Shown one piece after another: positions 7,282 to 12,207 of a DNA stretch of 12,207 nucleotides. Each line of letters begins with the position of its first letter. Within the stretch, counting starts at the first letter, position 1. Origin of the DNA: Candidatus Iainarchaeum sp. (GTDB lineage Archaea > Iainarchaeota > Iainarchaeia > Iainarchaeales > CSSED10-239); NCBI GenBank assembly GCA_937968065.1, contig CALBUD010000037.1:1-12207 (forward strand), written 5' to 3'. The position numbers and the translations under genes are program-made. The notes beneath the pieces are model-generated. The model was not told the origin of the DNA. It saw nothing but the letters and a program-made list of their open reading frames with translations, and made no database searches.

Positions 7282-8012
7282 TGTTTTATATTGTTGGTAT
7301 TGGTCTTGTTAAAGAACAATTGACTTTAGAAGCCTTAAATGCTATTAAAAAATCAGAAATGGTTTATTTAGATAATTATACAAACATACTTTCACAAGGA
7401 GACGTTATTGATCTTGAAAAAATAATAAATAAAAAAATTAAATTACTTTCAAGAAAAGAACTTGAACAAGAAAAAGAATTTTTGAAAGAAGATTCAGTTC
7501 TTTTAGTTATTGGAAATCCTTTATCTGCAACCACACACTATTCTTTAATTGAAGATTTAAACGAAAGAAAAATAAATTATAAAATCCTTCCAGGAATTTC
7601 TATATTTAACTATAGAGCCTCTTGTGGTTTATTTGAATATAAATTTGGAAAAACAGTTTCAATTGTATATCCTGAAAAAAATTATTTTCCAAAAAGCTTT
7701 TATGAAACTATAATAGATAATTTAAAAATAAATGCACACACTCTTTGTTTACTAGATATAAAAGTTTCAGAAAATAGATATATGTCTGTTTATGAAGCGT
7801 GTGAAATTTTAGAAAAAATAGACTCTGATAAAATATTAGAAAATAAATGGTGTATATTATTTTCAAAAATGGGTTCTTTAAATCAAAAAATAATTTCATT
7901 TAAATTTAAAGAGTATAAAAAATTAATTGAAAATGAAAAACCACAAAGCCTAATTATTTGCTCAGATTTAAATGAATTTGAAAAAGTGAGTATACATGAA
8001 TATAGAATGTAA
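7281..8012 (+). CDS. dphB: Diphthine synthase (Dph5/DphB, SAM-dependent methyltransferase modifying EF-2)
   Basis: Collinear with Pyrococcus DphB as I recall it: MFYIVGIGL...LEALNAIKKSE.VYLDNYT, GNPLSATTH (usually GDPxxATTH), YKFGKTVSIVYPE.NYFP.S.Y..I..N, HTLCLLDIK. AGGAG lies about 10 nt upstream. The start overlaps the upstream stop (TAATG). Confidence 0.93.
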   Translation: MFYIVGIGLVKEQLTLEALNAIKKSEMVYLDNYTNILSQGDVIDLEKIINKKIKLLSRKELEQEKEFLKEDSVLLVIGNPLSATTHYSLIEDLNERKINYKILPGISIFNYRASCGLFEYKFGKTVSIVYPEKNYFPKSFYETIIDNLKINAHTLCLLDIKVSENRYMSVYEACEILEKIDSDKILENKWCILFSKMGSLNQKIISFKFKEYKKLIENEKPQSLIICSDLNEFEKVSIHEYRM

Positions 8013-8283
8013 AAAATATTGTGAGAAATATAGAAAAATTCTAGAAAAAGCAATAAAAACAATAAAAATAAACATAAAAAACGAATCTTTTTTAAAAGAT
8101 GTTTCTAAAGATTATCTTGATATGGCTAAAAATTATTTATCTGATGGAAAGTTTTTAGAAAATAAAAAAGATTATGCAAGAGCACTAGCATCTTACTCAT
8201 ATGCCTATGGATGGATAGATGCAGGAGTTAGAATTGGTTTATTTTATGGAATTGATAATAAAATGTTTACTGTGTACAAATAA
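7996..8283 (+). CDS. DUF357-like small archaeal protein
   Basis: 95 aa, helical. The C-terminal ARALASYSYAYGWIDAGVRIGL matches my recollection of the conserved A.a..YA.GWlDAg.rlG block of the archaea-specific DUF357 family. Overlaps the dphB 3' end by 17 nt. Confidence 0.55.
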   Translation: MNIECKKYCEKYRKILEKAIKTIKINIKNESFLKDVSKDYLDMAKNYLSDGKFLENKKDYARALASYSYAYGWIDAGVRIGLFYGIDNKMFTVYK

Positions 8284-8285
8284 AT

Positions 8286-8792
8286 GTGATTAAAATGAAA
8301 GGAATTTTAAAAAACAGATTTATTGAAATCTATAGCAACAATTTAAAATCTCAATTAATAAACAAAGGATTTGGAAATAAACAAGACAATTATTTAGAAA
8401 TAGATTTTTTTGAAGGGCTTTTTCTTCTTGAAAAAAATAAAATGAAAATATATCTCGATAATAAAATAATTTTAAAAAAAGACTTTATTAGTTATTCTGA
8501 AAAAAAAATAAAAAATTTCAAAGAAAAATATATTGTTTATAAAGATTTTAAAGAAAAAGGCTATATAATTAAAGATGGTGCTATTTTTGGATTTGATTTT
8601 AGAATTTATGAAGGAAAAACTAAAAAACACGAACACACCAAATATGTTGTAGATGTTAAAAAAACACATAAAGATGAGATGTCACAGATAATCAAATCAG
8701 AAAGACTTGCAAACAGTATTAATGCAGAATATGTTATTGCAATTATTGATATGGATCAAAAAATAATAAAAATAAAAATAAAAAGAATTTAA
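8286..8792 (+). CDS. endA: tRNA-splicing endonuclease (tRNA-intron lyase) subunit
   Basis: Aligns by eye to M. jannaschii EndA. YIVYKDFKEKGYIIKDGAIFGFDFRIYEG...HEHTKYVV...RLANSINAEYVIAIID corresponds to YLVYKDLRTRGYIVKTGLKYGADFRLYERG...KEHSVYLV...RVAHSVRKKLLIAIVD. GTG start at 8286, with an alternative ATG at 8295. Confidence 0.85.
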   Translation: MIKMKGILKNRFIEIYSNNLKSQLINKGFGNKQDNYLEIDFFEGLFLLEKNKMKIYLDNKIILKKDFISYSEKKIKNFKEKYIVYKDFKEKGYIIKDGAIFGFDFRIYEGKTKKHEHTKYVVDVKKTHKDEMSQIIKSERLANSINAEYVIAIIDMDQKIIKIKIKRI

Positions 8793-9232
8793 GAACATCT
8801 TGTTTCCCAATAATTAATAGGACACATAGTGTTTCTTATAGTTAATGTTATTGGAGATTTACCTTCATAATCTTCAATTACAAAAAAATCAGATTCTCCT
8901 ATTAAAAGACCTCTTGAGTCTAAAACATCGATGTTTGTCAAATCAATTATATTATCTGCATCTTTTAAAACAACATTAAAATTATAATCTGGTTTAAAAT
9001 TTACTTTTCCAGAATTTACAATACTTACTTGGAATTCATTTTCTAAATTATCATAATCACAAGAAATAAAACTTAAATAAATATTTGTACAATCTTTATC
9101 AATTGCGTTATCAGCTTCAGTTGTATTTTTAGTTATAAAATTAGATCCCCAAGACAAGATAATTGCAATTAATGCTAAAGAAACCACAATTAAAAGAATT
9201 GTTGCAATTATTGGGCTTATTGCTTTTTTCAT
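8789..9232 (-). CDS. Archaeal type IV pilin (archaellin-N-terminal-type class III signal peptide), paralog 1
   Basis: 147 aa. MKKA|ISPIIATILLIVVSLALIAIILSWG matches the A.SPVIATvLLi archaeal pilin/archaellin N-terminal domain. Has 4 Cys, ending CP-x8-CS. Confidence 0.85.
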   Translation of the reverse strand: MKKAISPIIATILLIVVSLALIAIILSWGSNFITKNTTEADNAIDKDCTNIYLSFISCDYDNLENEFQVSIVNSGKVNFKPDYNFNVVLKDADNIIDLTNIDVLDSRGLLIGESDFFVIEDYEGKSPITLTIRNTMCPINYWETRCS

Positions 9233-9257
9233 AAATTTTCACAAGTTTATTATTATT

Positions 9258-9295
9258 AAAAAAAGAAAAGAAATCTTTTTTTAAAAAAAGATTTC
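9258..9295 (-). terminator. Perfect 26-bp palindrome followed by a T-tract downstream of the middle pilin gene
   Basis: GAAATCTTTTTTTAAAAAAAGATTTC (9270-9295) is its own reverse complement. On the minus strand it is followed by TTTTCTTTTTTT (9269-9258). It lies 13 nt after the stop of the 9308..9790 gene. Confidence 0.55.
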
Positions 9296-9307
9296 AATTA
9301 TTTCTAT

Positions 9308-9790
9308 TTAGTTACAATTTGTTTTTGTAGCAACTGCATCTGATGGACAATAACTGGAAATTATTTTAACATCAAATCTAGATGGGTTTGTTGTACCAGG
9401 AAGATCTGCTTGAGCAATACTTACTTGGTGCATTTGTCCAGGAGTTAAATCAGAAGCAAAATCAGCTCCATAGTCACTTAAATTACTATTTAATTCACTT
9501 TCAGAATCTGTAAGGTTTGTTAAGTGAACTAAGAAATCATCTCCTGAAGAGATTGTTTTAGATCCAATGTTTTCTATATAAAATGTTAAATTTCCGTCTG
9601 CATCAACAGAACAGTTAGTTATTTGTACAGCTGAACCCATACATTCTGCATTCACAATATCACTAGTGTCACTTAAACTACTAGTTGTGAATGATTTTCC
9701 CCAAGCAACAACAATTGCAATTAACGCAACTGCAACAACAATTAAAAGAATAGTTGCTATTAACGGAGATATTGCTTTTTTCATTTTCAT
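9308..9790 (-). CDS. Archaeal type IV pilin, paralog 2 (candidate major pilin)
   Basis: 160 aa. MKMKKA|ISPLIATILLIVVAVALIAIVVAWG with an S/T/D/G/A-rich body and 4 Cys, ending CP-x10-CN. SD AGGTGAT (9802-9796) lies 5 nt upstream of the ATG. An alternative ATG is at 9784. Confidence 0.85.
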   Translation of the reverse strand: MKMKKAISPLIATILLIVVAVALIAIVVAWGKSFTTSSLSDTSDIVNAECMGSAVQITNCSVDADGNLTFYIENIGSKTISSGDDFLVHLTNLTDSESELNSNLSDYGADFASDLTPGQMHQVSIAQADLPGTTNPSRFDVKIISSYCPSDAVATKTNCN

Positions 9791-9827
9791 TTTTTATCAC
9801 CTTATTTAATTCATAATATCTTTTTTA

Positions 9828-10298
9828 TTAATTACATCTTGATACAAATGATAATTTATCAGGACAATTAACAACATGAACTTGAACTCTTTTTAAAGGA
9901 GTTTCAAGAGCATCAAAATCTTCATTTTCATTTAATAATGAATCTAAAGACATTGCATTTCCAATAAAGTTTGGACTTATTGAAGTACTTGCTATTTGAT
10001 TATCAGCAGCAATAACTGTTACAATTAAGTTTTGATCAATAGTTATTGTTGATCTATCAAAAACAAACAAACCACTAAACCCTGTTTCAGAATTATAACT
10101 ACATCCTGAATCAATATATATATTGACATTACTACAATCAATCCAGTCAGAAGATGTTTCTGAAACACTTGTTGTTGTATCTCTAAAATTTTGAGAAGAC
10201 CAAGAATATAATATACCTGCTAAAGATAAAGCAACAGCTACTAAAAGAATTGTTGCAATTAATGGAGATAATGCTTTTTTTTTATTTTTTTGAAACAT
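9828..10298 (-). CDS. Archaeal type IV pilin, paralog 3
   Basis: 156 aa. MFQKNKKKA|LSPLIATILLVAVALSLAGILYSW. Has 4 Cys, ending CP-x9-CN. Confidence 0.85.
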   Translation of the reverse strand: MFQKNKKKALSPLIATILLVAVALSLAGILYSWSSQNFRDTTTSVSETSSDWIDCSNVNIYIDSGCSYNSETGFSGLFVFDRSTITIDQNLIVTVIAADNQIASTSISPNFIGNAMSLDSLLNENEDFDALETPLKRVQVHVVNCPDKLSFVSRCN

Positions 10299-10343
10299 AC
10301 CTAATTTTTCTTTTTATTTTATATTATATTCTTAAATTTTATA

Positions 10344-10374
10344 TTAATATATAAACTATAAGATATATAAACCT
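10344..10374 (-). promoter_or_regulatory. Tandem TATA-box motifs upstream of the pilin genes
   Basis: The minus strand reads AGGTTTATATAT-CTTAT-AGTTTATATAT. That gives two copies of the consensus TTTATATA (10371-10364 and 10355-10348), 50-66 nt upstream of the ATG at 10298. Confidence 0.4.
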
Positions 10375-10409
10375 ATCTTCTTAAATAAACAAACCTTATT
10401 TTTAAAAAA

Positions 10410-11261
10410 TCACAAAAATATTGCTGAAACTAAAACATATAATGGTACTGAAACACCAACTAAAATTATTGAGTGTCTTACACCAGCAATGGCATTGTTT
10501 TCTGAAATTAAACCAATTGTTGGTCCTGCAAATAAACCTTGAATAACTATTAAATATAAGAAATATTTATTAAAATTTACATCAGACATTCCTGAAGATG
10601 CTTCTGCTCCATCTCCACTTAGGGAAATAGTACTTGAACCTAACATTGGAAGAAAGACTATTTGAATTATTAAAATAATTGCAATAAAAACAAAGAACAT
10701 AAAATAACTTGAAAAGACTGTAGAAAAAGTTTTTGATTTTCTTTCATCAACCATATCATTTAATGTTTTAACATAATCTGAAATTGAAGCAAATATTTTA
10801 ATAATATTTCCACCAACTTTATTTGTTTCTGAGATGATTTGAGTAACTTGTTTAAAGACAGGACTATCAATTTCGCCAAAAACTTCATTTAAAGCAACAT
10901 CAAAAGGAATTCCTATTTTTATTTGTGCAGCAACTCTTTTTATTGGAACATTAAGATGACCATAATCGTGTTTTGAAGCAACCTCAACAGCAGTTACAAT
11001 ATTCATACCACTTTGTAAAAGATCTTTTAAATCATCTAAAAAAACATATAAATTTTTTTCATAAGATTTAATTCTTGCAGTATATAATCTAGATGCAAGA
11101 CCTATTGATAAAAGAAATGGAAATATTGAAAAAATTAAATATTTAGTATTCATTAATAAAACAAAAAAGATTATTGAACCTACAAGACCATAAACTATAT
11201 AGTCTACAAAATATCTTTGTTTTTCAGATAAATTAATACCCAATTCTTTTTTTAAATCCAT
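10410..11261 (-). CDS. Type IV pilus platform protein, T2SS-F domain, equivalent to the C-terminal half of FlaJ/PilC (TadC/EpdK-like)
   Basis: 283 aa. N-terminal TM helices, then a cytoplasmic helical T2SSF-like block FLDDLKDLLQSGMNIVTAVEVASKHDYGHL...IKIGIPFDVALNEVF...ISETNKVGGNI, then C-terminal TM helices. Confidence 0.85.
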   Translation of the reverse strand: MDLKKELGINLSEKQRYFVDYIVYGLVGSIIFFVLLMNTKYLIFSIFPFLLSIGLASRLYTARIKSYEKNLYVFLDDLKDLLQSGMNIVTAVEVASKHDYGHLNVPIKRVAAQIKIGIPFDVALNEVFGEIDSPVFKQVTQIISETNKVGGNIIKIFASISDYVKTLNDMVDERKSKTFSTVFSSYFMFFVFIAIILIIQIVFLPMLGSSTISLSGDGAEASSGMSDVNFNKYFLYLIVIQGLFAGPTIGLISENNAIAGVRHSIILVGVSVPLYVLVSAIFL

Positions 11262-11267
11262 TTTTTA

Positions 11268-12137
11268 TCAACCACTAACTAAGTTTAAAATTGCAATAAA
11301 TCCAATATTAATAATTGGAACTAAAAGAAAAACACCAATTTGTAAAACTGTACCTATACCTAACCCTGCAATTCCACCACCAACCATTCCTAGAAGCATA
11401 ATTCCAGAAAATAAAAATAATGGTCCTGCAACAACAATTGCAGAATAAATATCACCAAATGTTTCTGCTTTTTGATTTTGGTTGTTTAATAATAAATTAT
11501 ATTGAAATCTTGCATGTTCTGCTTTTTTTTTCATAAACTCTGGTAAAGAACCACCTGCTTCTATGCTTGATTTTAATTCTAATAAAAATTTTTTAAGTTC
11601 AAAAGAAGGTGTTTTTCTTGCAGCAATATCAATTGCTTCTAAAAGAGAAATACCTAGAACATTTACATAATATAAAATTTTTGAAAATTCTTTATCTAAA
11701 TATTGACTTTTATCTTTAACGGTTTTTGTTGAAAAAATTGAAATTGGAGGGGCTCCTGATTCTGCAACACTTGACATTCCGATAATTGCTAAAGGAAGAG
11801 TATTTTTTATGTTTGAAACTTTAGAGCCTATTAATAAATAAGGGTTAACTATACTATAACCAATAAATGCAATAAAAATAGATAGAGATGCAATAATTAC
11901 TAGCTTTAAACCAATTACTTCTGGAACTAAAATACTTGCAACAAAACCAAATAATAAAAATAATAAAAAAATAAATACAGCAAAAAATATTTTTTTTGAA
12001 AAATAAAAATCAATATCTTCAGTTATGTCTGCTTGATCTAAAGCTTCTTCGAAATCATCTGAACGTAAGTTTCTAGTAATGGGTATAAATAAACTATAAA
12101 GTTTTTCTTCAAAACTTTTTTTCTTTTTTGGAGTCAT
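11268..12137 (-). CDS. Type IV pilus platform protein, T2SS-F domain, equivalent to the N-terminal half of FlaJ/PilC (TadB/EpdJ-like)
   Basis: 289 aa. LPLAIIGMSSVAESGAPPISIF...LGISLLEAIDIAARKTPSFELKKFLLELKSSIEAGGSLPEFM matches the tPS...fl..l...i.sGG.l..f signature of the first FlaJ repeat. Flanked by TM helices. Confidence 0.85.
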   Translation of the reverse strand: MTPKKKKSFEEKLYSLFIPITRNLRSDDFEEALDQADITEDIDFYFSKKIFFAVFIFLLFLLFGFVASILVPEVIGLKLVIIASLSIFIAFIGYSIVNPYLLIGSKVSNIKNTLPLAIIGMSSVAESGAPPISIFSTKTVKDKSQYLDKEFSKILYYVNVLGISLLEAIDIAARKTPSFELKKFLLELKSSIEAGGSLPEFMKKKAEHARFQYNLLLNNQNQKAETFGDIYSAIVVAGPLFLFSGIMLLGMVGGGIAGLGIGTVLQIGVFLLVPIINIGFIAILNLVSG

Positions 12138-12139
12138 AC

Positions 12140-12207
12140 TTAAATATATTTATTATTTTTAATAAAACTTTTTACATCCTTGTCAAATTTATCATACATC
12201 AAAGAAC
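12140..12207 (-). CDS. 3' end (21 codons) of an upstream ORF running off the window, possibly the pilus assembly ATPase by synteny only
   Basis: The minus strand reads ...SLMYDKFDKDVKSFIKNNKYI-TAA. The stop (12142-12140) ends 2 nt before the ATG at 12137. No motif is visible in 21 residues. ATPase identity is a guess from the usual ATPase-platform gene order. Confidence 0.3.
   Translation of the reverse strand, partial: SLMYDKFDKDVKSFIKNNKYI

Noticed and set aside
7708-8669. Minus-strand ORFs 7708..7899 and 8472..8669
   Set aside because: They are antisense to dphB and endA, both recognisable by motif. Their translations are F/I/L/K-rich and typical of AT-rich antisense frames.
11259-11270. 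Split platform as a pseudogene or a TGA-recoding event
   Set aside because: Both halves keep intact domain signatures and TM segments. The second half has its own ATG, and TGA is followed immediately by TAA, so read-through or recoding is unlikely.
8789-12137. Interpretation of the minus-strand cluster as an archaellum (fla) operon
   Set aside because: The filament proteins are only 147-160 aa. No FlaC/D/E/F/G/H-like genes lie between the filament genes and the platform, and the platform is split. These features fit an adhesive pilus rather than an archaellum.
1-12207. Scan for tRNA, rRNA, CRISPR arrays, IS elements or integrases
   Set aside because: No GC-rich structured segments of tRNA size were found. 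No regularly spaced direct repeats, transposase or integrase-like ORFs, or terminal inverted repeats were found either.

Overview
Very AT-rich, tightly packed archaeal sequence. The style suggests a reduced, DPANN-like genome, but that is inference from composition and gene compaction only. Core information-processing genes are recognisable by motif: rad50 (25-2319, -), PCNA (3587-4339, +), orc1/cdc6 (4373-5461, -), diphthine synthase (7281-8012, +), a DUF357-like protein (7996-8283, +) and tRNA-splicing endonuclease endA (8286-8792, +). Interleaved with them are three blocks of type IV pilus-like genes. Block A (2409-3525, +) has a 63-aa pilin with the QxSxExxxL class III signal motif and a second pilin-like ORF. 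That ORF is translationally coupled to a small polytopic membrane protein carrying an HExxH zinc-protease motif. Block B (5823-7281, +) is four overlapping, extremely AT-rich small ORFs that each start with a class III signal-peptide-like N-terminus. It runs stop-to-start into dph5. Block C (8789-12207, -) has a FlaJ/PilC-type platform split into two same-frame genes, as in TadB/TadC and EpdJ/EpdK. It is followed by three paralogous pilins with an archaellin-type N-terminus (KKA[IL]SP[IL]IATILL) and a conserved four-cysteine frame. A 21-codon ORF tail at the window edge could be the assembly ATPase. The 360-bp orc1-proximal intergenic region contains the only GC-rich island in the window, a dyad plus G-run resembling an origin recognition box. 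No tRNA, rRNA, CRISPR array or mobile element was seen. The most interesting candidate is the pilin-coupled HExxH membrane protease, together with two signal-peptide classes and no canonical prepilin peptidase in the window. All family assignments come from motif recognition by eye and none has been checked by a search.
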